From positions 20,821 to 84,820 of the forward strand of contig NZBL01000003.1 in the NCBI GenBank assembly GCA_002687895.1: DNA of 64,000 nucleotides, written 5' to 3'. This document shows positions 35,490 through 45,018 of the stretch, piece after piece. Each line of letters opens with the position of its first letter. The first letter of the stretch is position 1. The stretch is from a bacterium (GTDB taxonomy: Bacteria > Patescibacteriota > Patescibacteriia > UBA2169). A program made the position numbers and the translations under genes. The notes beneath the pieces are model-generated. The model did not search any database. It had not been told where the DNA came from and was given only the letters and a program-made list of their open reading frames with translations.

Positions 35490-37421
35490 TTACTTGGATT
35501 GTATAAGAACCTCGCGATCCTCCCCTAAATCCCAGGTTCCAGTAATTTGATTTCCTCCTTTTTTGTCAAAAATATCGCTTGGAATTATGCTGTCAATTTT
35601 AAATGGCAACTCAATATCAATTACTAAATCATGCGCACGAGTTCCTGCCTGTTTTTGAATATATAATCTATATCCCTCTTCTAAAATCTGCTGTGTTAAT
35701 TCTTGCGGTAAAATATATGTAAATGACAAAGTCTCCGTATCCAAAGGCTCAATAGAGATGAACGTGCCAAAAACTGTTTTATTATGCTCATCCGTGATAG
35801 CTAGCTCTTCCTCATTCCCCTCTGCGCTTACAAATATTGAGCCTTGGGGAACATAAATCCTAGTATAAGTTCTATACCGAGTTGTTTTCCAGTCAAAATC
35901 AGCTGTATGTTCATATGTAATTGAGGCCGTAGCTTGGAGCTGTATATCTTCTAATGATTCAGATTCTTCACCTACTGTCTCTATGGAATATGAAATTGAA
36001 CGGTTGATTGCTGGATCAGATTTCAAAGACCCTAAGTTAGCATCAACTATATGAAGATAATCGCCTTTTGCGCCTAAAATTCTTCCATCCCACTTAAAGC
36101 CCGCAACAATGTCACCTACTTTTTCATCGCTAAAGTAGAACATTATTTGGCGCTCGCTTAAAGCATCAAAAACCAAAGGAGCAAAATCGCGCATTTGATC
36201 TAATGATAATGAGAATAATTTTTCTTTTAACTGCTGTGCCACATCATCAATAATCTGCTTTCTGTTGTAAATGTTAACGCCCTCTTCTTTAAAGCCAAGC
36301 TCAACATGGTATGCTAAAGTATCAATAAGATTATCTGCTGTAAATTCTTTTTCATCAACATATACTGGACCTACCACTTGCAGAAGATCCTCTATTAACT
36401 CTGGAGTAAAAGCGATCACCCCGTCAAAATTGCGCACTGGGCCTCTTTCATCTTTATAAAATTGAATCGCGTTTTGGGCAGTTGTAGGAAAATCCGGATC
36501 CCAGTTCACGTCGCGGAAAAACCATTGCGACTGCTTTATATATTTTTGCAAAGGCAAAGGCGGAACTTTTGTATTAAATGCTTTTGCTGGCTCATCAAGA
36601 TTATATACATTGTCAGTAATAAATGATGAGATTTCACCGTTCCTGACCTTTAGCACTCCATATGTGCCAATGAATCCGCCTGTTGGCCGAAGTTCTGTAT
36701 TGTTCTGTAAAAGCAAAAGATAGGTCTTTTCGCGAGGATGGCCAAGCACTTGCGGCGCAACTGCAATCCAGGGCTGTATTTGGCTGAACAATGACTGTGC
36801 TTGATATAATTTTGATGTAAGATTATTAACTTGTGAATTTATGATTGGAATCTTTGTCTGTGCTTGCGCGTCTTTTAAAAATGATAAAGATAATATTGTT
36901 TGATTATTCACGCGCTCCCAAAGTTCGCTTGAATCAGCTAAAGAAGCAAGCAAGGTTGATTTGTCTTGTACTGTGAGCTCATCAAATGCACCAAACTCTG
37001 TTTCAGATAAAATTGGAATTGTTTTTGCCCAGTCAATTACCAGTGCGCCAGACGCGATTGAAACCTTTGCGGCCGCGAGCAATGATCTGCTAGCTTTTAC
37101 TTCTCCAGATATTCCAGGAATTAAAGTAATTGGATACAAGCGGTTAATAGTGCTTTCCAGCTCCTTGATATTTGTATTTACGCTATTTAAAATTTCTTTG
37201 GATTGATCCCAATCCCTGTTTACTAATGATTCTTGCAAAGGCTGAACTAATTTGGATATTTGGCGCGCGTTTCTATACGCGTCTATTGCTTGATATCCGT
37301 AAAAAATAATTATTAAAGCAGCAACTATAATTGTAGACCACATTATATGGTCCTTTTGGGGCAATGCTTTTATAAAAGCATCTTTCCATGTGCTTTGAAA
37401 TGGATTTTTTAACTCACTCAT
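35490..37421 (-). CDS. Large N-terminally membrane-anchored extracytoplasmic protein of unknown function (possibly DUF4012-like)
   Basis: 643 aa; single TM IMWSTIIVAALIIIFYGY then a long soluble region; heads the glycosyltransferase cluster; the family call is tentative. Confidence 0.4.
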   Translation of the reverse strand: MSELKNPFQSTWKDAFIKALPQKDHIMWSTIIVAALIIIFYGYQAIDAYRNARQISKLVQPLQESLVNRDWDQSKEILNSVNTNIKELESTINRLYPITLIPGISGEVKASRSLLAAAKVSIASGALVIDWAKTIPILSETEFGAFDELTVQDKSTLLASLADSSELWERVNNQTILSLSFLKDAQAQTKIPIINSQVNNLTSKLYQAQSLFSQIQPWIAVAPQVLGHPREKTYLLLLQNNTELRPTGGFIGTYGVLKVRNGEISSFITDNVYNLDEPAKAFNTKVPPLPLQKYIKQSQWFFRDVNWDPDFPTTAQNAIQFYKDERGPVRNFDGVIAFTPELIEDLLQVVGPVYVDEKEFTADNLIDTLAYHVELGFKEEGVNIYNRKQIIDDVAQQLKEKLFSLSLDQMRDFAPLVFDALSERQIMFYFSDEKVGDIVAGFKWDGRILGAKGDYLHIVDANLGSLKSDPAINRSISYSIETVGEESESLEDIQLQATASITYEHTADFDWKTTRYRTYTRIYVPQGSIFVSAEGNEEELAITDEHNKTVFGTFISIEPLDTETLSFTYILPQELTQQILEEGYRLYIQKQAGTRAHDLVIDIELPFKIDSIIPSDIFDKKGGNQITGTWDLGEDREVLIQSK

Positions 37422-38265
37422 ATTTTTCGGGGTCCCCAGAAACTGCCACAGGCATTTCTGGGGTAAAATTTAGTCCCCACTTTTTAAAATATTTTACAGC
37501 GCTGATTAAATGTATCCAGCTCATTTTATTGAACAAAGCCATGTAAAATTTTCCAACGTTTGATGCACGACCATGATAATGAATGATTTCTGTGTCAGCT
37601 AAATACCAAACTTCATATCCTGCTTGCAAGACTCTCCTGCACCAGTCAGTGTCCTCCAAAAACATAAAATACCTTTCATCCATTAGCCCGATCTTTTGCA
37701 CAGCGCTTTTGCGCACAATCATGCAAGAACCCTGCACCCAGTCTACTTTGCGATTTTCCTTATGATCCCAATTTGTCATTAAATATTTGTGGATGGCGCG
37801 GCGCGCGAATTGGAATCTTGATAAAGGAGTTCTGCGGTAAACTAGTACTTGGGGCGTTGGAAACTCATATACAAAATATTGCAATGATCCATCTGGTGAA
37901 AGTAAGCGCGGTCCCGCGATTCCAGCTTTTGGATTATTATCCATGAATTGAACCATTCGTTTAAAAGCATTATCCCATACAGCGATATCTGAATTCATTA
38001 CAAGATAATATCTTCCACGCGCTTTTTTAATGCCCACATTGTTTCCTGCTGCAAATCCAACATTTGCTGTTGATCTAATCAATTGCACATTATCAAAGCG
38101 AGGACATAACTTTTGCTCTACATATTCCGCGCTTCCATCTATTGAAGCATTATCAACCACAATAATCTCATAATCTAAATCCAAAGTATGTTCAACAATT
38201 CCTTTGATGCATGGAAGCAGAAAATCCTTAGTGTTGTAATTGAGAATTATTATTGAGAGATCCAT
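37414..38265 (-). CDS. Family 2 glycosyltransferase
   Basis: LSIIILNYNTKDFL...VVDNASIDGS, DxD-like region. Confidence 0.75.
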   Translation of the reverse strand: MDLSIIILNYNTKDFLLPCIKGIVEHTLDLDYEIIVVDNASIDGSAEYVEQKLCPRFDNVQLIRSTANVGFAAGNNVGIKKARGRYYLVMNSDIAVWDNAFKRMVQFMDNNPKAGIAGPRLLSPDGSLQYFVYEFPTPQVLVYRRTPLSRFQFARRAIHKYLMTNWDHKENRKVDWVQGSCMIVRKSAVQKIGLMDERYFMFLEDTDWCRRVLQAGYEVWYLADTEIIHYHGRASNVGKFYMALFNKMSWIHLISAVKYFKKWGLNFTPEMPVAVSGDPEKYE

Positions 38266-39121
38266 ATGCTTTCAAATTCTGTGTTTCAAATATTAGAATA
38301 TATATAAACTTTAAAAATTCGTATATGACAATCAGCGGTATTCGCCACCAGTCACGCATAGATAAGTTCTTACGTAGCATCATTAAATGATTACGAATAC
38401 TTTCTTGCTTTACTTTATCTGCGCGCATAGAACGATCTCCATGCTGCACTGTTCTATCATGTATTGCAACTGCACTTGGCTCCAACACTGTTTTCCAGCC
38501 AGCACGATTCAATCGCCATGAGAGATCAGCATCTTCTTTATACATCCAAAATCTCTCATCATATATGCCATATTCATCTTTGACGCTTTGCAAGGCTTTT
38601 AATCTATATAGTACGCAAGCCCCAGATCCTCCCCAAACTTGCTTTATATGGCTATTTTGAGGCTTATCTGGCTTGTTTTCATCTATATTTACAACCCTGC
38701 CCCATGCACGCATTGATAGGCCTAACCCATCAATTATGCCAGAATTTGTATCATCTGGCAATGATCTATAAAGCTTTGGAATAACTGCGGCAATGCGCTC
38801 GTTTGACTCTATTGTTTGCATTATCTTTGCAAGACAATTTTTTTGCAGTTCAACATCATGGTTTAAGACAAGAATATATGGGGATGTGCATATCTCAAAT
38901 CCCTGGTTATGCGCTTTGGCAAATCCTTTGTTCTCCTTATTCTCTATAATATCCGCATTTGAATAGTTTTGTCTAATAAAATCAATGGTTTTGTCGCTTG
39001 ACGCATTGTCTATTACAAGTACAGAATACTCAATTTCTGTCTGATTTTGAATACCTAAAAACAGCCTTGGAAGGTGCTGTTTGCTATTCCATGTGGTAAT
39101 TTGGATTTGTACTTTTTTCAT
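38228..39121 (-). CDS. Family 2 glycosyltransferase
   Basis: ITTWNSKQHLPRLFLGIQNQT...LVIDNASSDKT. Confidence 0.75.
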   Translation of the reverse strand: MKKVQIQITTWNSKQHLPRLFLGIQNQTEIEYSVLVIDNASSDKTIDFIRQNYSNADIIENKENKGFAKAHNQGFEICTSPYILVLNHDVELQKNCLAKIMQTIESNERIAAVIPKLYRSLPDDTNSGIIDGLGLSMRAWGRVVNIDENKPDKPQNSHIKQVWGGSGACVLYRLKALQSVKDEYGIYDERFWMYKEDADLSWRLNRAGWKTVLEPSAVAIHDRTVQHGDRSMRADKVKQESIRNHLMMLRKNLSMRDWWRIPLIVIYEFLKFIYILIFETQNLKAYGSLNNNSQLQH

Positions 39122-39178
39122 AAATGTTGTATTATATACATATTAGTATTTATAAAAATAAAAAGAAAGGAGACTAAT

Positions 39179-39364
39179 ATGTTAAACAAAAAGTTACTTA
39201 CAGACATTGTAACAACTTTTGTTATAACAGCAATTGTAAGTGTTGTTGTAACCTATGTCTGGACCCTGATTGATGATGGCGCAGATGCTATCTCATTAAG
39301 TAGCTCTCTGCAGTTTGCAGCTGTTCTGGGTATTACTTTGCCTATTGTTAAGGCTAAGACATAG
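39179..39364 (+). CDS. Small membrane protein (61 aa)
   Basis: SD aaaggag before ATG 39179; MLNKKLLTDIVTTFVITAIVSVVVTYVWTLIDD... Confidence 0.4.
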   Translation: MLNKKLLTDIVTTFVITAIVSVVVTYVWTLIDDGADAISLSSSLQFAAVLGITLPIVKAKT

Positions 39365-39424
39365 CATATTTCTAAACTCATTAAAAACAGTCTGCTGTAT
39401 GCAGTCTGTTTTTAATTAGCAACT

Positions 39425-39811
39425 ATGGAAAATCTAAAAAAAGTTGAATGGATTTTGCGCATTGCAGTGTCTGGTGAATTCTTGGGACATGGCATATTTG
39501 CCATACAAGGCAAGGCCGCATGGATTAATTGGATTGAGCAATTACTAAATGTGGATGCGTCTGTTGCCACTCAACTACTGCTCTTAATTGGAATTATTGA
39601 TATAGGAATAGCCATATTCGCGCTTGTTCAGCCAATACGAGCAATATTGCTTTGGGCCGCGATTTGGGGATTTTGGACTGCTCTTTTAAGGCCTATTATG
39701 GGCGATCCAATTTGGGATTTTGTAGAGCGGTTTGCCAACATCGGCGCGCCATTAGCGCTCTTATATGTACGCGGTGTGCCAAGAAGTTTAAAGCAATGGC
39801 TAAAGGTATGA
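39425..39811 (+). CDS. Small polytopic membrane protein (DoxX-like, tentative)
   Basis: 128 aa, 3-4 predicted TMs. Confidence 0.45.
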   Translation: MENLKKVEWILRIAVSGEFLGHGIFAIQGKAAWINWIEQLLNVDASVATQLLLLIGIIDIGIAIFALVQPIRAILLWAAIWGFWTALLRPIMGDPIWDFVERFANIGAPLALLYVRGVPRSLKQWLKV

Positions 39812-39854
39812 TAAATATCACTGCTTTTCGATGAGCATATTATTTATATTCTTA

Positions 39855-41303
39855 TCAATTTCTCTTGTCAACCAGTCCAGACATTAACATAACCACACCA
39901 ATACCAAGTGGATGATTTAAGTATGGACTTACTCCGTGCGTTAATACTACAGCAACAAGGCCAATTATTCCTCCAAGTATTAAATAATTTTCACGATTTG
40001 ACCTCCACCCAAACTTTGCAATCATCCATAAAAGATATAAATAAAATCCAACTCCTAAAAGACCAATCTTAAGCCAAATTTCAAGCCAGCCAAGTTCAAA
40101 CGCTGTTGTTGTGTATAATCCATCTGGATTATTTTTTAGTACTCTTGGATCTTGGGACGCGTATGTAACCGAAGTTCCAAATCCAGATCCATATATTGGA
40201 TGATTTTTGATTGATGACAAGAGCGGCCTAATCTGTGAATAGCGGGATGACACAGCTGCTTCACCGCTGAATTTTGCTGCCCTGTCTTTTAGCAAATCAG
40301 CGCTCATTGTGCCTTTTGGAATTGGAAACATTGCTACTCCAACTGTCAATCCAATGCTTATCACAATAAGCCCAACAAATATTGATCCAAAACTTGAAAC
40401 CTGTTTAATCTTTTCTTTATTAAAAACTAGGATTACAAGCATTACTACCAAGGACGCTATTCCTGCCAGCCAAAAGCTCCTAGAAAATGACATGCTGATT
40501 GCTGATATCACAACAATAATCAATACCACAATCCATGAAACATATTTCTTTTGCTTTAATTTAATAAAGCCATACAGCATTCCAAGCAACGCGAATAATC
40601 CAAATAACAGCCAAATCTGGGACTGCATAAAAATACGGGAAGTCAAAATATTTGGATCAATATTTGTAATTTCTCCTAACCTAGAATACCTAGACCAATC
40701 ATATAATCTATCCTGCAATCCAAACAGCTCATGGCTGAAAATATAAAATAAAGCAATTGTTTTTACAGACAGCCACGCGATCGCGCTGATTACCACAATG
40801 CTGACTTCGCGCGCAATATGCTTTGATCTTGATAAAACATCATATATAGGAAATATCAATGCAAAGTACATGTAATTGTTCACATCACTGAATATTGATC
40901 CTAATCCATTGCCCCTTAATATTCCCCAAATAGTGCCCCAGATAATTATGATCGCAAGCCCGAGATATGGCTTAAATAATTTTGAATGTAAAAATGCGAT
41001 CTTGCGATCTTTTAAAGCATGAGCAAGCCACACTAATATGACAATAAGCCACAAAGTCATGCGGATTGTGACGTCAAACCCAGCAATATCCAATATAAAC
41101 ATCTTGCCTAAAGAGCCAATAATCAGCTCCCCAAAAATCAGCATTACTCCATATTCCAAGCGATAAACAGTTAAAAAAATCGCAGACGTGGCAATAAACC
41201 CAAAAATCCACGGACTTGCATCCACGTTAACATATGAAAGATATGAGAGTAACTCCGCAATCAAGACAATAATCAATGTATTTAAAATCAGGCCTTTTTT
41301 CAT
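39855..41303 (-). CDS. Polytopic membrane protein, O-antigen polymerase/ligase (Wzy/WaaL)-like
   Basis: 482 aa, at least 10 TMs with a large loop; located inside the glycosyltransferase cluster. Confidence 0.45.
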   Translation of the reverse strand: MKKGLILNTLIIVLIAELLSYLSYVNVDASPWIFGFIATSAIFLTVYRLEYGVMLIFGELIIGSLGKMFILDIAGFDVTIRMTLWLIVILVWLAHALKDRKIAFLHSKLFKPYLGLAIIIIWGTIWGILRGNGLGSIFSDVNNYMYFALIFPIYDVLSRSKHIAREVSIVVISAIAWLSVKTIALFYIFSHELFGLQDRLYDWSRYSRLGEITNIDPNILTSRIFMQSQIWLLFGLFALLGMLYGFIKLKQKKYVSWIVVLIIVVISAISMSFSRSFWLAGIASLVVMLVILVFNKEKIKQVSSFGSIFVGLIVISIGLTVGVAMFPIPKGTMSADLLKDRAAKFSGEAAVSSRYSQIRPLLSSIKNHPIYGSGFGTSVTYASQDPRVLKNNPDGLYTTTAFELGWLEIWLKIGLLGVGFYLYLLWMIAKFGWRSNRENYLILGGIIGLVAVVLTHGVSPYLNHPLGIGVVMLMSGLVDKRN

Positions 41304-41368
41304 AGCCCTAATATACTAGCTAGAAACAAAGCAAAAGTAAATGCAGGGCCCCTAGTTTCGAGACCCTA

Positions 41369-41545
41369 CTACCTCACTAACCTGCTGGTAGTTGATTTGG
41401 TGACATATGCGCCACCCTTTCCTTGACACTTGCTGCAATCAACTTTTCCACCTTGCAGCGTAGGCGCCTTCTTTATGCACCTCCTGCAATCACACTTTCC
41501 AGTACCATTGCAATGGACGCAATTCTGCCAGGTAATTCTTGGCAT
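41369..41545 (-). CDS. Small Cys-rich protein (58 aa) with two CxxCxGxG DnaJ-type zinc-finger repeats plus CxC-xx-C
   Basis: Minus strand ggaggtaaacaATG; MPRITWQNCVHCNGTGKCDCRRCIKKAPTLQGGKVDCSKCQGKGGAYVTKSTTSRLVR (below the ORF-track size cut-off). Confidence 0.45.
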   Translation of the reverse strand: MPRITWQNCVHCNGTGKCDCRRCIKKAPTLQGGKVDCSKCQGKGGAYVTKSTTSRLVR

Positions 41546-41568
41546 TGTTTACCTCCCCATGGTTTACG

Positions 41569-41778
41569 TCAATTTATCTGCAGTTCACATGCTATTCTAG
41601 CTTCCTCTCTTCTTACAACCAAGAAGCCATCATGCCCACTTGTGCAGGCCTTATTGGCGCATCCATAGTGAACCTCCTTTTCAAACACACGCCTCTTAAG
41701 TTCTGCATTACAATATGGGCAATTGCCCCAATCTTTTTCCTCCCCTTTCCTGATTTGAGTGTTTTCAGCCATGATCAC
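41569..41778 (-). CDS. Small zinc-ribbon protein (69 aa; CPYC...CANKAC)
   Basis: ORF track; four Cys in CxxC-(17)-CxxxxC arrangement; overlaps the stop of the upstream GT2 gene by 14 nt. Confidence 0.45.
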   Translation of the reverse strand: MIMAENTQIRKGEEKDWGNCPYCNAELKRRVFEKEVHYGCANKACTSGHDGFLVVRREEARIACELQIN

Positions 41779-42550
41779 GCTCCTTTTTTTTCAAAAAGTA
41801 GTGGGCCATGCTTCGAAAGAACCATGCCTGTTTTGTAAGCGTCATCTGCTGTTTAAATGATTCACCTCCTTTATGTACAACAGATATATGTGGATAATAA
41901 ATAACATTATAGCCAGCTTTCCAGACCCTGCGGCAAAAGTCAACTTCCTCGAACCAAATATAGAATTTTTCATCAAGTAGGCCGATTTGATTAAACACAG
42001 ATCTCCGAACCAAGAAAAAAGCTCCCATTACTTGATCAATTTTTTGTTCTCGCGAATAATCAAAATCTTTTGCAAGATAATTATCTAAAAGCAATGGAAA
42101 TGGCTTATGTAGTTTTAGTAATATGACAATTTGCGACCATATAGTTGGAAATCTGCGAACAGAGGGCTGAAGTGTCCTATCTTGATTCAGTAAGCGACAT
42201 CCAAGAACTCCTATTTTCTTGTCTGACTCCACTTTCGCAATCACTTTTGAAAGTGTGTCTTCAATAAATTCTGTATCAGGATTTAACAGCAAAACATAAT
42301 CCCCTTTTGACTGTCTAATTCCTTGATTATTTGCTTTTGCAAAACCAAAATTCTCTTTGTTAGTAATTAGCTTTACTTGCGGAAAATTCTGCTTGATCAT
42401 GTCAGATGTTCCATCATTTGAAGCATTATCAACAACTATAATTTCATATCCAACATTTTGCGAATACTTCAAAACAGACTCAATACATTTCTTGAGCAAG
42501 TCTTTCACGTTCCACGAAACAATAATTATAGATATATCCATACTCAACAT
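41765..42550 (-). CDS. Family 2 glycosyltransferase
   Basis: ISIIIVSWNVKDLLKKCIESV...VVDNASNDGT. Confidence 0.75.
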   Translation of the reverse strand: MLSMDISIIIVSWNVKDLLKKCIESVLKYSQNVGYEIIVVDNASNDGTSDMIKQNFPQVKLITNKENFGFAKANNQGIRQSKGDYVLLLNPDTEFIEDTLSKVIAKVESDKKIGVLGCRLLNQDRTLQPSVRRFPTIWSQIVILLKLHKPFPLLLDNYLAKDFDYSREQKIDQVMGAFFLVRRSVFNQIGLLDEKFYIWFEEVDFCRRVWKAGYNVIYYPHISVVHKGGESFKQQMTLTKQAWFFRSMAHYFLKKKERDHG

Positions 42551-42718
42551 ACTACCTCATTTAACCAAAAAGAAAAGCGCCGCACGAACATGTGAAGCGC
42601 TAACCGTTGCTTGGATTTAAGATTTAAAAGTAGACTAATTTGACGGAACTCTAAGGGATATATAGACAGCAACCCTTCTGATTGTGCAATCTCAGTTAGC
42701 AGATCAGACATCTGCATT

Positions 42719-43396
42719 TTAGAGTATATGTTTTTTCTTAATTGTTAAAATTGCTTTTTGATAAGATTTACTTTTATCACTAAATCGAAACTTTATCAAG
42801 AATGACGGAACCCACGAACTCATTGTTCCTCCTGTTTTTACAGTAAACAGCATTTCATTAATCCACTTTCCTACATTTCCCTTTTCCAGCATACTAAGCC
42901 ATAAATCCCAATCCTGCAATCGCTTGAGTGATTCATCAAATCCTGTAAAGTGCTCCCTGCGAATCAATGAAGTAGTATGGATATATGGCATTTCCTTGAG
43001 TTTGTCTGCATCAAATTCCCAAAGTTTAAATTTTTTCCAGCCAAACTTAAATGATGAATATACATATGATACATCTGGATTCTCATCAAGTGTTTTTGAC
43101 ATTTTAGCAAGCATGTCTGGCTTCATTACAACATCTGCATCACAAAAGATGACATACCTTCCAATTGATTCTTTGAACCCTCGGTTCCGAGCTGATGGAG
43201 CACCTTTATTTTCTTGCCTAATGAGCAGATCAACTCTTTCAAGCTTTTGTATTAGTTCATCTGACCCATCATCAACAACTATTACTTCATAATCTTTGGA
43301 TGTCTGATTTTTAATGGATTCCAAACATTTCACAAGTTCTTTTGTGTGATTATACACTGGGATTATTATTGATATTTTAGGAATTGACATATACAA
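42719..43396 (-). CDS. Family 2 glycosyltransferase
   Basis: ISIIIPVYNHTKELVKCLESIKNQTSKDYEVIVVDDGSDE. Confidence 0.75.
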   Translation of the reverse strand: MYMSIPKISIIIPVYNHTKELVKCLESIKNQTSKDYEVIVVDDGSDELIQKLERVDLLIRQENKGAPSARNRGFKESIGRYVIFCDADVVMKPDMLAKMSKTLDENPDVSYVYSSFKFGWKKFKLWEFDADKLKEMPYIHTTSLIRREHFTGFDESLKRLQDWDLWLSMLEKGNVGKWINEMLFTVKTGGTMSSWVPSFLIKFRFSDKSKSYQKAILTIKKKHIL

Positions 43397-43596
43397 TTAT
43401 ATATTGTATTCTATATATAGTTCTTACAAATATAACTTTGTTAAACCTATTATTGCGTAAACAAGATAAGTCAGATCTGTGGCAACCACTGACACTTGTG
43501 CTTCTGTCTATCATAGGTGCTGCTACTGCCTTTCTATTTGGGCAAACACTTGAAGCGTTTTTTTCATCACTGTGGATGCAATAGCGGTTCCGGGGA

Positions 43597-44559
43597 TCAA
43601 GGATGATCCCCTTTTATTTTTGTTAAAATTGCCTTGCTAAGTGCATCAACATTACTTGGGCCAATCAACATTCCTTTGTCACCAACTGCCTCCGGAACTC
43701 CGCCGACTTTTGAACCTATCACTGGCTTACCGAATATTTGTGCCTCTTTGTATACAATACCATATCCCTCAAAATCATCTTCATCATCTCGTGGAGTTAG
43801 TATAAACACATCGCAGGCCGAAAGCCAAGAATATTTTTCATCTTCACTTACTGAGCCCGTGAAAATAACATTGTTTTGATCTTTGGACAGCAAACGCAAA
43901 TTATCAATTTCTTCTCCATCACCAACAACAACATATACCAAATCAGGAATCTGTTTCCAAACCATTGGCAATGCACGAATAACCAAATCAATGCCTTTTC
44001 TTTTCACTAATCTACTAATAGTTAAAAGAATTGGCTTATCATCAATTCCGTGCTTTTGACGTAATTCTTTTCCCAAGCTTCTATACTTCTCTATTTCTAT
44101 ACTTTTTATCCTAGGATATTGTACACGAGCAATAGATGAATCTAATTCATAGTGACACAGTAACTCTGCAGTTGCTTTGCTATTTACAATAACTTCATCT
44201 GCATTTTGTAAAATCTTTTTTACCCAAAACCTTTTCCATAACGACTTTCTTGGCCGCACCAAATCTAACCCATGCAGATATACTCGATACGGGGTTTTAA
44301 AAGTCCACTTCCACATTAAAGCAATATATCCTATTGGCAAAATATGCGAAACCCATAACCCATCACATTGGCTCTTATCAAACATACTTTTGGCTTTCCA
44401 AATTAAAGGCAACCATTGTGGCCATAATGGCATTAAATAATTTTGTGCTTTAACTACCGCAACATCGCCATTAAAATGCTTGACTTCTGATTCAAGATAT
44501 TTAGCAATACCTCCATGTTGAGGCAAATATTCTAAGGTAAGTAGTAAAGGCTTTTGCAT
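43597..44559 (-). CDS. Group 1 (GT4) glycosyltransferase
   Basis: C-terminal EGYGIVYKEAQIFGKPVIGSKVGGVPE (E-x7-E GT4 motif). Confidence 0.7.
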   Translation of the reverse strand: MQKPLLLTLEYLPQHGGIAKYLESEVKHFNGDVAVVKAQNYLMPLWPQWLPLIWKAKSMFDKSQCDGLWVSHILPIGYIALMWKWTFKTPYRVYLHGLDLVRPRKSLWKRFWVKKILQNADEVIVNSKATAELLCHYELDSSIARVQYPRIKSIEIEKYRSLGKELRQKHGIDDKPILLTISRLVKRKGIDLVIRALPMVWKQIPDLVYVVVGDGEEIDNLRLLSKDQNNVIFTGSVSEDEKYSWLSACDVFILTPRDDEDDFEGYGIVYKEAQIFGKPVIGSKVGGVPEAVGDKGMLIGPSNVDALSKAILTKIKGDHP

Positions 44560-44645
44560 ATTTACAAAAATACCCCATATACTATACTAACACAATAAGG
44601 GGAGTTCTTTTCATTTAGCATATAAATTGCCAAAAGGAGAGAAAA

Positions 44646-44954
44646 ATGAATGCTCTAACAGATATTGAGATTGTTGTAGAATTAAAAGGGAACATGCCAT
44701 TTGGGGAAAGCATAGAACTTCTCTATGCAGAAATTCATCATATAGGCAATCCAACCATAAAGGTCTTTTATGAGATATATGGAACAGAACAATCCAAACC
44801 CCTCATACTTCATATCGGGTTGGAGCCCTATATCGAAAATCTAGATGTAATGGATTTCACTCCTACCCAAAGGAGTCTGATAACAAGGGCTGTACCACAT
44901 ATTACAGCGTTTATAGCCTTTGAACTATCAAGGAGGAAACCATCGAGTAGTTAG
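44646..44954 (+). CDS. Hypothetical protein (102 aa)
   Basis: SD aaaaggagag before ATG; no recognisable motif. Confidence 0.4.
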   Translation: MNALTDIEIVVELKGNMPFGESIELLYAEIHHIGNPTIKVFYEIYGTEQSKPLILHIGLEPYIENLDVMDFTPTQRSLITRAVPHITAFIAFELSRRKPSSS

Positions 44955-45018
44955 CTAATAAAAACAAATTCTAAACATTTAGAGAAAGCGTAACGCAATT
45001 AAGACGCGGAGCGCTTTT

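Noticed and set aside
41423-41838. Plus-strand ORFs 41423..41668 and 41539..41838
   Set aside because: Antisense to the two Cys-rich mini-genes and the GT2 gene; no SD; Ser/Pro/Leu-rich translations that look like antisense artefacts.
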